Shown: positions 29,714-39,995 of the stretch, one piece after another
Layout of the letters: each line of letters starts with the position of its first letter
Numbering within the stretch: position 1 is the first letter of the stretch
NCBI GenBank assembly: GCA_021731695.1
Contig: JAKFWZ010000080.1
Span: 34,021 to 98,020, forward strand
Source: Candidatus Daviesbacteria bacterium
Lineage (GTDB): Bacteria; Patescibacteriota; Microgenomatia; Daviesbacterales; UBA10151
Reading direction: 5' to 3'
DNA length: 64,000 nt
Translations under genes and position numbers: made by a program
The notes under the pieces: model-generated
The model's database searches: none
Told to the model about the DNA's origin: nothing
The model's input: the letters and a program-made list of their open reading frames with translations, nothing else

Positions 29714-31921
29714 TTATGCGTTGGCAATAGCCGGATCTTTAGGTTTGGTCCACGAAGCATATTTGCAATTAGGATAATTTTTACATCCGAAAAATGTCTT
29801 GCCTCTTTTAGTTTTTCTTACTACAACGTCCCCTCCGTCATCCGGACATTTTACATCAAGTATTTGTTCAATTCGCTCGGTGTGTTTGCAATCGGGGAAT
29901 CCTGAACAGGCAAGGAATTTACCAAATTTTCCAGTTCTAACAATTAATTGCTTTCCGCATTTTGGACAATTTTTATCAACAGTTTCAACTTCAAGCACTA
30001 CCCTTTCTGCAGTTTCTTCAATAGTTCCGAGCTTTGCTGAAAGAGGCTTAAAATAAGTTGCTACAGTTTCTTTCCATTCCTTTTCTCCTCTTGAAATATC
30101 ATCCAATGAATCCTCCATTTGAGCCGTAAATTGATAATCAAATAGTTCAGGAAAATGCTTCATTAAGAAATCATTAACGGTCATTCCGAGAGAAGTCGGA
30201 TTAAATTTACGCTCAGTTTTTTCAACATAATACCGATCCTGAATTGTTGAAAGAATCGGAGCATAAGTCGATGGGCGACCAATTCCCAGTTCTTCAAGTT
30301 TTTTAACAAGTGAGGCTTCGGTAAATCTGGGAGGAGGTTGAGTGAAATGCTGAAGTGGCTTAATTTCTTTTTGTTCTAAAGCTTCACCTTCTGTTAAATT
30401 AGGAATCTTTTGATCTTCAGCTTTATTTTTTTCTTCGCCTTCAACCTTTTCCTCTTCCTCTTCTTCTTTATCAATTCCGTAAACTTTAAGCCATCCGGGA
30501 AATTTTAATTGTGAACCAGTTGCTCTTAAATTGTATTCGTCATCGCGAAGCGAGATCGCGGAGGCGTCATTGCGAGCCGCAGGCGAAGCAATCTCAGAGC
30601 TTACTGGGATTGCTTCTCCACTTCGTGGTATCGCAATGACGTCAACTGAAGTTTGATCAAATACCGCATCATTAACTTGCGAAGCAACTGTTCTCTTGAA
30701 TATGAGGTCATAAAGTCTTTTGTGATCACGGGTAAAATTATCTCCTTTTAGCTTTTCAGAATTTAAATTCACATCTGTAGGCCTGATTGCTTCGTGAGCT
30801 TCCTGTGCATTTTTTGATTTAGCTTTGTAGAAGCGCGCTTGAGCTGGCAAATATTCTGCCCCTAAATTTGCAGAAATATAATCTCGTGCCATTCCCAAAG
30901 CTAAAGTTGAAAGATTGACGGAATCAGTTCTCATGTAGGTTATATATCCCTGCTCATAAAGGTTTTGAGCAATCATCATAGTTTTTTTCGCAGACATACC
31001 TAGTTTATTGCCTGAAGTTTGCTGCAAGGTTGAAGTGGTAAATGGCGGAGCAGGAGACCGTTTAACTTCTTTTTTAGTAATGGCTCTAACTGAATAAGCA
31101 CTTTGCTTAAGGTTTCCAACGATTTTTTCAGCCTCATCACTATTGTTTATAACTGCCTTTTCCCTGTTGATTTCCGTAAGTTGGGCTGTAAAAACCTTCG
31201 ACTCTTTCGACCCCTCCGACTCCTTCGAATCTAGCAATACTTCTATACTCCAATATTCGTTAGCTTTAAACGCTTCGATCTCGCGCTCACGCTCTACGAT
31301 TAAACGCAAAGCCACAGATTGTACACGACCCGCAGACAGACCTCTTTTTATTTTTTTCCATAATACCGGAGAAAGTTTATAACCGACTAAACGATCCAAA
31401 ACTCTGCGTGCTTGTTGAGCATCGACCAGCTGCAGATTAATTTCGCGCGGATGCTCAAAAGCTTCCATAATTGCGTTCTTTGTAATTTCATGGAATTCAA
31501 CACGCCGAATGGACGGTAGATGACCGATGATAGAAGATGGTTTTTTGAGAGTAGAAGATTGAGAATTGATTTTCTTATCTACTTTCAATCCTCCATTTTC
31601 CGCCCCTACCTTCAATTTTCTATTTTCCATCGTCATAATCTGAGCTAAATGCCAGGCAATTGCTTCTCCTTCACGATCAGGGTCGGTGGCCAGATATAAA
31701 ACATCTGCACCCTCCATCATCTTTTTTAATTCATTAACTTTCTTCTTTTTATCTCGCGGGATTATATATTTAGGCTCAAATGTTTCCTCGTCAACTCCGA
31801 TTTCAGCTTTTGGCAGATCACGGATATGACCCATCGAAGCTTCGATTTTATAATTCTTACCTAAAAATTTTGAAAGTGTTCTCGCTTTTGTAGGCGATTC
31901 GACGATTACAACGTTTTGCAT
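29714..31921 (-). CDS. topA: DNA topoisomerase I with in-frame element insertions
   Basis: Toprim (IVESPTKA), catalytic Tyr region, C-terminal C4 zinc ribbons; inserts at 30538-30641 and 31196-31233. Confidence 0.92.
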   Translation of the reverse strand: MQNVVIVESPTKARTLSKFLGKNYKIEASMGHIRDLPKAEIGVDEETFEPKYIIPRDKKKKVNELKKMMEGADVLYLATDPDREGEAIAWHLAQIMTMENRKLKVGAENGGLKVDKKINSQSSTLKKPSSIIGHLPSIRRVEFHEITKNAIMEAFEHPREINLQLVDAQQARRVLDRLVGYKLSPVLWKKIKRGLSAGRVQSVALRLIVEREREIEAFKANEYWSIEVLLDSKESEGSKESKVFTAQLTEINREKAVINNSDEAEKIVGNLKQSAYSVRAITKKEVKRSPAPPFTTSTLQQTSGNKLGMSAKKTMMIAQNLYEQGYITYMRTDSVNLSTLALGMARDYISANLGAEYLPAQARFYKAKSKNAQEAHEAIRPTDVNLNSEKLKGDNFTRDHKRLYDLIFKRTVASQVNDAVFDQTSVDVIAIPRSGEAIPVSSEIASPAARNDASAISLRDDEYNLRATGSQLKFPGWLKVYGIDKEEEEEEKVEGEEKNKAEDQKIPNLTEGEALEQKEIKPLQHFTQPPPRFTEASLVKKLEELGIGRPSTYAPILSTIQDRYYVEKTERKFNPTSLGMTVNDFLMKHFPELFDYQFTAQMEDSLDDISRGEKEWKETVATYFKPLSAKLGTIEETAERVVLEVETVDKNCPKCGKQLIVRTGKFGKFLACSGFPDCKHTERIEQILDVKCPDDGGDVVVRKTKRGKTFFGCKNYPNCKYASWTKPKDPAIANA

Positions 31922-32073
31922 GTTTTTATATAGTACCAGACAAATTGTGGCCTAGGAATTCTACACTAGCTGTCAAGTGTCGGATTGTTAAATTGCTCAA
32001 TTGTTAGATTGTTGAATTGTTAAAAAACAATTGAACAATGAGTGAGCGTAGCGAACGATAACAATGAAACAAT

Positions 32074-34617
32074 TTAATCTAAGTAGCTTTCGTCAATAGA
32101 AATCGGCTCGCCTTTGGGCATACTTCCTTCAAGAATTTTTTTAGATAATTTAGCCTCAAGCGTATCCTGCATAACTCTCTTTAAAGGACGCGCGCCAAGC
32201 ATCGGATCATATCCTTTTTCAGCTAATTTTGAAACTAAGCCTTCATTAAACTCAATCAAATAGCCTTCTTTTTTCATCACCTGTTTTAACCATTCCAATT
32301 TCAAACGAACTATTTTTTCCAAATCTTCCTCACTTAAAGGCTTAAAGGCGACAACTGCATCAAAACGATTAACAAGTTCCGGCCTATACACCCTTAATAA
32401 TTCTTCACGAATATCTTTATCAAGATCCTCGATACTCTTACCGGATTTCAAACCATCAGCAATCAAAAGCGAACCCGCATTTGAAGTTGCAATGATAATT
32501 GTTTGTGTGAAATCAGTTGTTACACCGTCTGCATCTGTTAAGCGACCATCATCAAGAACCTGAAGGAATAAATTCAGAATCTTAGGCTCCGCCTTTTCAA
32601 ATTCATCAAGAAGCAGCAAACAATATGGTCTGTTACGCACAGATTCCGTTAACTCACCAGGGTTTTCACTTGTTCCGATCAACCGGTCAATTGAGCTTAA
32701 AGTCTGATATTCAGACATATCAAACCTAATAAATGCGTCTGCATTACTAAAATATACTTCAGCTAAAGTTTTCGCCAGTTCTGTTTTACCTACACCTGTT
32801 GGCCCGACAAAAAGAAATGATCCAATCGGACGGTTTTTATCACGTATCTGAGCTGAAGCCCGTCTTAAAGTATCTGAAACTTTTTTAACAGCTTCTTCCT
32901 GATCAATCATTCTTTCGTGAATTTTTCCTTCAAGATTGAGAAGCGTTTGTTTCTGCTCACCCTCGAATTCCCCCACAGGCATTTTGATATCCCTCGAAAG
33001 AACTTCTTTTATAATCGCGGAATTCACAGCCGGATTTGCTCCGCGGGATACAGCCTCAGTCAAACACTCTTCATAAACCATCAGCGCACTATCAGGCAAA
33101 ACCCTCGTATGTATAAGTTCAGAGCATTTTTCAACAAGAAATTTTATTGCGAGGTAAGTAGTTGAAATATGATTAAAACGTGCCTCATCGATCGCGTGAT
33201 TAATCAAAATCTTTACAGTATCATTGATTTTGGCCGGACCTAATTCAATTTTATGGAAAATTCGCGCAAAGCTACTATTTTTTTCGATAATTTTTGCATA
33301 ATTTCTGGGTTCAGTTGTGGCGATAAACTGGAAACGGTCTGATTCTAAATAAGGCAAAAGTAGGGAATATAAATTAAAACTTTTTCCGGCATCGCCAATT
33401 CCTAATTCGTGAATTTCATCAATGAAAATAATAATATCTTCAACAAATTCAACTTCTTCAAAGGCTTTCTTAATTTTTTCAGCTAACTCCCCCTCCGTCC
33501 TAACGGCGGACAAAAGACGCGCAGCCTCGAGCTTCACCACCCTTTTTGTAGCCAGCGAATCAGGCGCATCACCTCTTAAAATCATTTTCGCCAGATAACT
33601 TACTAATGTAGATTTACCGGCCCCGGGCTCACCAACAAGCATTACATTCCTATCACGAGCCTGCGATAAAACAGTAATCACTTCCGTCACAATATCCTGC
33701 CTACCTGCAAATTCCGCTGTTCTTGATCTGCTTATTTCTCTTGTAACATCAACCGAAATCGCATCAAGATCAGGTGTTGGCGCGCCTAACCAACCTCTGT
33801 TTATTCCGCTTAAGTGTCTGATCCCGAAATCTTCATCCCAAATATAAATGCGTCTCCAGCGGTTTCTGTTTGTTTCTAAATAAAGAAGTGCTCCTTCGAA
33901 ATCTTCTTTTTTAAGATTTATTTTCATCAGCTCATTATCAATCCCGCTTAGATCCTCCAGCATTGCTACCCAAAAGTAAGCTTCAGTTAAAAATCTGGCT
34001 TCTGAATTTTTTGCCAGTTCAAATGCCCTTACAGCTATTTCATTAGTTAGTAAAACATCCTGATTCGAGAAATTTTTGGTCTCAAGTTCTAAACTCGCTA
34101 AGTACATTTTTAATTCTTCGCTTTCCAAAAGATCTTTCCACCGCACATCATTTTTATTCAAAGGCGTAGCTTTCCAAATTTCTTCAGCTGAATTCACTTT
34201 CCAGACAGGTTTAATGTTTTTATGCAACTCACGATTTAGAAAAATCGCCAGCCCTAAAAGTATTATTGTGATGTTACTAATCAGGAAAAAGTCAAAATAA
34301 GGCAAAACTAAAACATTAAAAATAAGTAAAAATATCGTTATTGGTGCGCTAAACCAAATCAAAGCCACAAAAAATATCAAAACAACCGCGCATAAAAATC
34401 CAAAAATTCCGATTAAAACTCTACTTAATCTAAAAAGGAAGCTTAAAACCCGTCCGACAATACTGGAATCATGAAATAGAGGAACAAACAATAGTTTGAA
34501 CATTAATCCGACAGCCAAATCTTCCTCTAAAATTAGCAGGATATTTTTTAATGAGCGCTCAAAAACAACAGCAGCTGTTGGATACCAGAATAATAGTAGA
34601 TGTAATGGAAGTAACAT
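32074..34617 (-). CDS. membrane-anchored Clp/Hsp100-family AAA+ ATPase (ClpB/ClpC-like, two NBDs)
   Basis: about 130-aa N-terminal multi-TM region, NBD1 GEPGAGKST, NBD2 GPTGVGKTELAK, sensor motifs. Confidence 0.8.
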   Translation of the reverse strand: MLLPLHLLLFWYPTAAVVFERSLKNILLILEEDLAVGLMFKLLFVPLFHDSSIVGRVLSFLFRLSRVLIGIFGFLCAVVLIFFVALIWFSAPITIFLLIFNVLVLPYFDFFLISNITIILLGLAIFLNRELHKNIKPVWKVNSAEEIWKATPLNKNDVRWKDLLESEELKMYLASLELETKNFSNQDVLLTNEIAVRAFELAKNSEARFLTEAYFWVAMLEDLSGIDNELMKINLKKEDFEGALLYLETNRNRWRRIYIWDEDFGIRHLSGINRGWLGAPTPDLDAISVDVTREISRSRTAEFAGRQDIVTEVITVLSQARDRNVMLVGEPGAGKSTLVSYLAKMILRGDAPDSLATKRVVKLEAARLLSAVRTEGELAEKIKKAFEEVEFVEDIIIFIDEIHELGIGDAGKSFNLYSLLLPYLESDRFQFIATTEPRNYAKIIEKNSSFARIFHKIELGPAKINDTVKILINHAIDEARFNHISTTYLAIKFLVEKCSELIHTRVLPDSALMVYEECLTEAVSRGANPAVNSAIIKEVLSRDIKMPVGEFEGEQKQTLLNLEGKIHERMIDQEEAVKKVSDTLRRASAQIRDKNRPIGSFLFVGPTGVGKTELAKTLAEVYFSNADAFIRFDMSEYQTLSSIDRLIGTSENPGELTESVRNRPYCLLLLDEFEKAEPKILNLFLQVLDDGRLTDADGVTTDFTQTIIIATSNAGSLLIADGLKSGKSIEDLDKDIREELLRVYRPELVNRFDAVVAFKPLSEEDLEKIVRLKLEWLKQVMKKEGYLIEFNEGLVSKLAEKGYDPMLGARPLKRVMQDTLEAKLSKKILEGSMPKGEPISIDESYLD

Positions 34618-34624
34618 GATTTAA

Positions 34625-34765
34625 ATAAACCAATAACCCAATATACAAATAAACCAATTCCCAATGGAATTGTCTTGGGACGTTGTCTAAAACCAATTCC
34701 CAATTTTACTTTTTAAATTTTATTGGGCATTTGGCATTGGGTTATTTGTTTATTGGTTTATTCAT
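34625..34765. repeat. CCAAT/ATTGG-rich intergenic palindromic element
   Basis: aaaccaattcccaatgg ... aaaccaattcccaat ... attgggcatttggcattgggttatttgtttattgg. Confidence 0.6.
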
Positions 34766-35151
34766 TTGACTCTAATAACTTCTCCCTCTAAATCAAGTTC
34801 AACAAAATGGGTCGCCCTTCCTTCTATAAAAGCCGGACATTGATTTTCAGGAAAATCGTCTAAATCCTGTCTCGGATTATGAGCCAAATCTGCAACCCAA
34901 TCCTGATCTAAATCATTTGTTAAACAGGGACCCGTTGAAAAATCTATTCCAATTGCTTTTCGATCCCCGTAAAGTTTTTGCGCCCGGCCAACCATATTAT
35001 CAATTTCATCCGAAAGTCCGGGTTTATATGTTCCTCTTACTGCAGAATTAAATGGATTTGTTTCGTGAACGTAAACAATTAATAGAGAAACAATAGCAAT
35101 TACAGAAAGCACTAATATAAGTAGCTTAGCCCTTGAAACCATATAGACCAA
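34762..35151 (-). CDS. hypothetical protein with N-terminal signal/TM
   Basis: 129 aa; hydrophobic N-terminus LLILVLSVIAIVSLLIV. Confidence 0.4.
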   Translation of the reverse strand: MVYMVSRAKLLILVLSVIAIVSLLIVYVHETNPFNSAVRGTYKPGLSDEIDNMVGRAQKLYGDRKAIGIDFSTGPCLTNDLDQDWVADLAHNPRQDLDDFPENQCPAFIEGRATHFVELDLEGEVIRVK

Positions 35152-35226
35152 TTATCGGTGATCAGTTAACAATTATCAATTGTATCTGGCTTCGCAAAAA
35201 GCCCATTATTAATCTCAAATAACATT

Positions 35227-36306
35227 TCAGATTCTCGTGTAATTTCCCCCACCCAAATTTTTTACGATTCCGGCAATTTCAAGTTTTAATAATAATCCAG
35301 AGATTTCAGCTACAGGTGTTTTAAAATTTCTCGCAATTTCATCAATATGTTTTGGTTCATTTTTAATAAAATCCAAAATTTCTTTTTCAGATTCCGAAAG
35401 ATTTGATGTTGTAACAGGATCTGACACAACAGTTTTTACACCTAATTCATCTAAAATATCAGAAGCATTCATAACCAATTTTGCACCTTCCTTAAGCAAT
35501 GACGAAGTCCCCATAGACATATCAGAGGTTATCGGTCCCGGGACTGCAAAAACTTCTCTGTTTTGTTCTAAAGCAAGCCTTGCAGTAATTAAAGAACCTG
35601 AATCTTCTGCTGCTTCTGTGACCAAAATTCCTTTTGATAAACCAGAAATTATTCTATTTCTCGCGGGGAAATTACCTGCAAGGTGAGGATAATTTGGAGG
35701 GAATTCAGTAATTACGGCGCCGAATCCCGAAGCAATTTTTTCTGCTAAGTGAATATTTTCTGGAGGAAATATTTTAGAAAGTCCTCCGCCTAAAACTGCA
35801 ATCGTTTTTCCATTTTCTTCAATAGTTGTTGCATGCGCGATTGTGTCGACACCACGGGCTAAACCTGAAACTATTGTTAACCCGGCGCAGGCCAGTTCTC
35901 TTGTCAATTTTTCAGTTACGAGTCTTCCGTAACCCGTTGGCATTCTTGTCCCGACTACCCCGAAACATTTTTCTAAAATTTCATCATTCAAATTCCCTTT
36001 GTAATAAAGAATCATCGGAGCGCCGTGAATTTCTTTTAAAAGCTCAGGATAATTTTCATCAAAAATTGTTAAAACACTAATTCCTTTTTTGATTAGGGTT
36101 TCATAATAATCTTGCGGATCCAGTTCTTTCTTCGCGGTTTTAAAATTATCTAACGCTTTTGGCAAAGGCTTAAATTTTGCAATTTCATTAATCGGCGCAT
36201 TCCAAATTGCCTCAAAACTTCCATAATAATCAAAGAGTTTTTGTAACGCCGAGGGACCGAGATATTCAACAGAATGAAGAGCCAAAAGATAATGAAGATC
36301 TTTCAT
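35227..36306 (-). CDS. dprA: DNA processing protein DprA (Smf)
   Basis: Rossmann-like DprA core GVVGTRMPTGYG ... GLARGVDTIAH; C-terminal wHTH. Confidence 0.88.
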   Translation of the reverse strand: MKDLHYLLALHSVEYLGPSALQKLFDYYGSFEAIWNAPINEIAKFKPLPKALDNFKTAKKELDPQDYYETLIKKGISVLTIFDENYPELLKEIHGAPMILYYKGNLNDEILEKCFGVVGTRMPTGYGRLVTEKLTRELACAGLTIVSGLARGVDTIAHATTIEENGKTIAVLGGGLSKIFPPENIHLAEKIASGFGAVITEFPPNYPHLAGNFPARNRIISGLSKGILVTEAAEDSGSLITARLALEQNREVFAVPGPITSDMSMGTSSLLKEGAKLVMNASDILDELGVKTVVSDPVTTSNLSESEKEILDFIKNEPKHIDEIARNFKTPVAEISGLLLKLEIAGIVKNLGGGNYTRI

Positions 36307-36313
36307 ATGCTGA

Positions 36314-36655
36314 TTACTTTAGTTTTATACCATCTTTTGAATAAATCGCAACAAATGGTTTTTTCTTTCTTTTTAAACCTTTGATTGCCGAAATAATTGC
36401 ATCCAAGAAAGGGAAAATTTCTTTGAAATTTGTGTTAGGAAAATCTATGATCATCACACTTACTGATTCCTGGCTTTCAGCAATAAAACCCTTATCAAAA
36501 GTGACAATGACTCTGTTTTCTTTTTGCGCAAGTTCCCGAACTTTGTTGTCAGTCACGCTTTTTGAAGACAATTGGATTTTCTTAATATTAAGTTTCTTTT
36601 TCTGCCAGTAAGAGGCAAGCGGCTGAGGAAAATTTTCATCTATAAGCAGTTTCAC
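36314..36655 (-). CDS. DUF5615/Mut7-C PIN-like putative toxin
   Basis: MKLLIDENFP N-terminus typical of DUF5615; paired and overlapping with a DUF433 gene. Confidence 0.55.
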   Translation of the reverse strand: MKLLIDENFPQPLASYWQKKKLNIKKIQLSSKSVTDNKVRELAQKENRVIVTFDKGFIAESQESVSVMIIDFPNTNFKEIFPFLDAIISAIKGLKRKKKPFVAIYSKDGIKLK

Positions 36656-36915
36656 TAAGTTGGATTAATAAAAGAAATATTTCCATCTTCATCTGAAACC
36701 GGACGAATTTTGGCCTTTGAAACCATTTTTGCTGCGTATGATATAGCAGCCTGAATTTCCTCTCTCTCGAGTTCAGGATATCCCTCGTTTATCTCCTCAA
36801 TAGACATTCCTGCGGCTATAAAATTCATAATTACTTCAACCGAAATTCTGGTGCCTTTTATCACCGGTTTTCCTCCAAGTATTTCAGGATCGGAAATTAT
36901 TTTATACTTTGCCAT
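36655..36915 (-). CDS. DUF433 putative antitoxin
   Basis: GGKPVIKGTRISVEVI motif typical of DUF433. Confidence 0.6.
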   Translation of the reverse strand: MAKYKIISDPEILGGKPVIKGTRISVEVIMNFIAAGMSIEEINEGYPELEREEIQAAISYAAKMVSKAKIRPVSDEDGNISFINPT

Positions 36916-37027
36916 AAATTGATTATATCACCCCGAAAAAGCCCGTAGCATCATTAGATATTCAACAGAATGAAGAGCAAGAAGATAAGCTAAGTTATTT
37001 TTTGGGAGGTCAGTTCCCATATATTAT

Positions 37028-37513
37028 TTATACTCTCATTGCAGGCAATGAGGACATTGGTCTTCTGAGATCTTCTCTGAACCTAGCAAGCTTAGTATGT
37101 AGCGAGTATAAACTATCACTAATAGGCTCTGCTAAGTTCATTAAACCAACTAAATACTGCACATCATCTAGCACAATCGCTCTCCCTTGTTGCGAGGGTA
37201 TAGTTACAGAACTATGTAAATCATCAGGATTAATATGAGCAACTACTAGAGGGTATTTAGCTGGTTGAAGATACTGAGAAATCCATAAATCATAATTTGA
37301 TTCAGGCCTATCAATATTATTGGTAGCAATAGACATAACAACTCCATCATCTCTTGAAGAAAAAGTTGTAAAGGCACGCAAGCCTCTCTCTACACCACTC
37401 TGATTAAATCTTGCCATAGCTTCAGTTGCTGCAGATCTGATTCTAAGGGAATCTGCTGTACCTAATAATACATTTGTAGCTCTGGACTGTGCTAATCTTT
37501 CACTTAATAACAT
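37028..37513 (-). CDS. hypothetical protein (161 aa)
   Basis: complete ORF, no family recognised. Confidence 0.35.
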   Translation of the reverse strand: MLLSERLAQSRATNVLLGTADSLRIRSAATEAMARFNQSGVERGLRAFTTFSSRDDGVVMSIATNNIDRPESNYDLWISQYLQPAKYPLVVAHINPDDLHSSVTIPSQQGRAIVLDDVQYLVGLMNLAEPISDSLYSLHTKLARFREDLRRPMSSLPAMRV

Positions 37514-37554
37514 CTTAAATGAATTATATTTTATGAAATCTCATAGTCAATATA

Positions 37555-39399
37555 CTATTCTCCTAAAGTCCTTGCCGATTCAGTTGCCACAAAACCAATA
37601 TCCTTAAGTAAGTTAGACTTATCCTCAGAGAAATACCATCTAAAAATTTCTTTAACTACAGGTGAGGCGTTTGTTGAACCCTCCCCTCCTCCTTCAAGTA
37701 ATACTGTTGCAGTGATCTTAGGATTATCAGCCGGCGCGTAGGCCGTATACCATGCATGCGTTTTATTTGGTTCCCCATATTCCGCAGTTCCTGTTTTTCC
37801 TGCAGTTTTAATTGGGAAGGTGAAGAACGGCCAGGCGGTTCCGCCGTCTTTCGGCACTTCTTCTAAACCAACCTTAATTAAATTAATAAATTGAGGATCT
37901 GCTCCCTGATTCAGTGGATCATATTTAAATTCCTTAACAGCTCCTTTTCTAGAGTCTTCAATCGCGAGACCTAAATGAGGGGGGAATTGTTTTCCGTTTG
38001 AAGCTATATATGAAATTAAATTGGAAACCTGAAGTGGAGTTGCAAGTAAAAATCCCTGACCAATTGACATATGCAGCGTGTCTCCCGGATACCAGACTTC
38101 GCCTATTTCTTTATCTTTCCAATCGGGAGTAGGAACCAAACCTGCTTCCTCTCCTAAAATATCAATTCCTATTTTTTTACCAAAACCTAATTTAGTAGCC
38201 TCATTAGCAATTGCTTTTTCTCCGACTAAAGCGCCGAGCTGATAAAAATAAATATCATTTGATCGTTTTAAAGCCCGAACCAAATCAACCGGTTCAGGTT
38301 CTTTCCTTCCATACTGAGTAAAATACCAATTCGCAAAAGAATACGGACCTAAATTCATCACACCTGTGTCTTCAAATTTTGTTTCAGGAGTAATTTTTCC
38401 GGATTCTAAACCAGCAAGCCCTGAGGCAATTTTAAAAGTTGAAGCCGGTGGATAAACACCTGCAATTGCTCTGTTTAAAAGCGGAGAATTCAGTGCAGTT
38501 AATGCTTCTGCTAAATTATCAGGATTATACGAAGGTATAGAAACCATAGCCAAAACTTCACCATTATTTGGGTCAGTTACAACCGCAGCCCCGCAGCAAC
38601 TGCCTGATTTTTGAAGAGTCTCCAGTAGTTTTTGATATGTCACTTCCTGTAGCGCAATATCAATTGTCAGTCTTAAATTTTGCCCTGGAACAGCCTCCTT
38701 TTTACGCAATGTTCGTAATTTCCTACCCGAAGCATCTACTTCAATAATTTCTCCGCCATCAATGCCTCTTAACGTTTTTTCGTAGGCTTCCTCAACTCCA
38801 CCTCTGCCGATTTTATCTCCACCTTTGTAGTTTATATATTTTTCACTGGTAAGTTCCTCTTCCGTTATTTCCCCCATATATCCTAAAACATGACTGGATT
38901 TTTCTTTGTGTGGGTATGTTCTGAGCGAGTCTATTTCAAGATTTGCGAGTCTCGGATCATTATTTACTTCCATATTTATCGCTTCCTCCCTTGTTATATA
39001 CAAAGCTTTCGCAGATCCGCTGGCGTTTAGCATTCGAAATCCCGGAGCATTTGCTGCAACTATTTTTCCGTTTCGATCATAGATAACTCCACGGGGTGCA
39101 TGAATAACTTTAATCTGAATTCGATTTGAATCAGCCAATTCGAGGTTTTCTTTTCCGCGGGCAATTTGAAGATGAAATGCCCTTCCAAAAAGCAAAGCAA
39201 AACCCGTAATAAAAACCAAAACAAGAATTGTTTTTATCCACGGACTCATCTGATGAGTGACAATTTCTTCAGTATCAGAAAAGAACAAATTATCAGAGAT
39301 ATTAAAAGTGTTTAATTTTTTATTATGGAAATGACCCGAGGCACGGGCAGTTTTTTTTAGTTCATCATTAAATGCTTTGCCAAATTTAAGTTTAGCCAT
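37555..39399 (-). CDS. mrdA: penicillin-binding protein 2 (peptidoglycan D,D-transpeptidase)
   Basis: N-terminal TM and dimerisation domain, transpeptidase STFK, SxN and KTG motifs. Confidence 0.88.
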   Translation of the reverse strand: MAKLKFGKAFNDELKKTARASGHFHNKKLNTFNISDNLFFSDTEEIVTHQMSPWIKTILVLVFITGFALLFGRAFHLQIARGKENLELADSNRIQIKVIHAPRGVIYDRNGKIVAANAPGFRMLNASGSAKALYITREEAINMEVNNDPRLANLEIDSLRTYPHKEKSSHVLGYMGEITEEELTSEKYINYKGGDKIGRGGVEEAYEKTLRGIDGGEIIEVDASGRKLRTLRKKEAVPGQNLRLTIDIALQEVTYQKLLETLQKSGSCCGAAVVTDPNNGEVLAMVSIPSYNPDNLAEALTALNSPLLNRAIAGVYPPASTFKIASGLAGLESGKITPETKFEDTGVMNLGPYSFANWYFTQYGRKEPEPVDLVRALKRSNDIYFYQLGALVGEKAIANEATKLGFGKKIGIDILGEEAGLVPTPDWKDKEIGEVWYPGDTLHMSIGQGFLLATPLQVSNLISYIASNGKQFPPHLGLAIEDSRKGAVKEFKYDPLNQGADPQFINLIKVGLEEVPKDGGTAWPFFTFPIKTAGKTGTAEYGEPNKTHAWYTAYAPADNPKITATVLLEGGGEGSTNASPVVKEIFRWYFSEDKSNLLKDIGFVATESARTLGE

Positions 39400-39434
39400 T
39401 TTAAACGCAGTTTTTAAAAGAGGCGTTGCCTCAT

Positions 39435-39878
39435 CTAAATCTTAAGCTTAATATTTCTTTTAACAATAAATCTTCCCTCCCAGACTCTAATTAAATAAAA
39501 CGCCGGAATAATAAGTAGTGTTTCAATTAAAGCCGGAACGAATTCAAAATTTGTGTGCATAAAAATCATATTTAAAAATTCAAGGGAAAAAATAATAATT
39601 CCCGCCCAAAGGGTTACAGTAAAAGGCGTCAAAGATATCGGCAGCTTAGAAATCATATAGCAAATTTTAACAGTCAAAAGTAAAATCAGAGGCCAATAAC
39701 CCATATTATCCTGAGTCAAAAAAGACAAGATTAAACCACCAAAAAATGCCAGATAATAATTAGAACTATCCTGAATAAGTAAGCTCCTTGCGATAAGACA
39801 AATTAAAATAAGATTAACCGGCAAAAATGCACTTTGTAAAAAGGCAAAAAGTATTAGCACTAATAAAAATATCTTCAT
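39435..39878 (-). CDS. mreD: rod shape-determining protein MreD
   Basis: polytopic 147-aa membrane protein downstream of mreC and upstream of mrdA. Confidence 0.6.
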   Translation of the reverse strand: MKIFLLVLILFAFLQSAFLPVNLILICLIARSLLIQDSSNYYLAFFGGLILSFLTQDNMGYWPLILLLTVKICYMISKLPISLTPFTVTLWAGIIIFSLEFLNMIFMHTNFEFVPALIETLLIIPAFYLIRVWEGRFIVKRNIKLKI

Positions 39879-39887
39879 TATTTAATA

Positions 39888-39990
39888 AAACCAATAAACA
39901 AATAACCCAATAAAACCAATTCCCAATTTATTTTTCCTGCCTTTTATTTGGCATTGGTTTTATTTGCATATTGGCTTCATTGGTTTATTC
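39888..39990. repeat. CCAAT/ATTGG-rich intergenic palindromic element
   Basis: aaaccaataaacaaataacccaataaaaccaattcccaat ... ttggcattggttttatttgcatattggcttcattgg. Confidence 0.6.
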
Positions 39991-39995
39991 CTTAT

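Noticed and set aside
22141-36915. Prophage or integrative element spanning the HNH and TA genes
   Set aside because: No integrase, terminase, capsid or tail genes. The intervening genes are core housekeeping genes (thyA, tmk, pyrG, topA, dprA).
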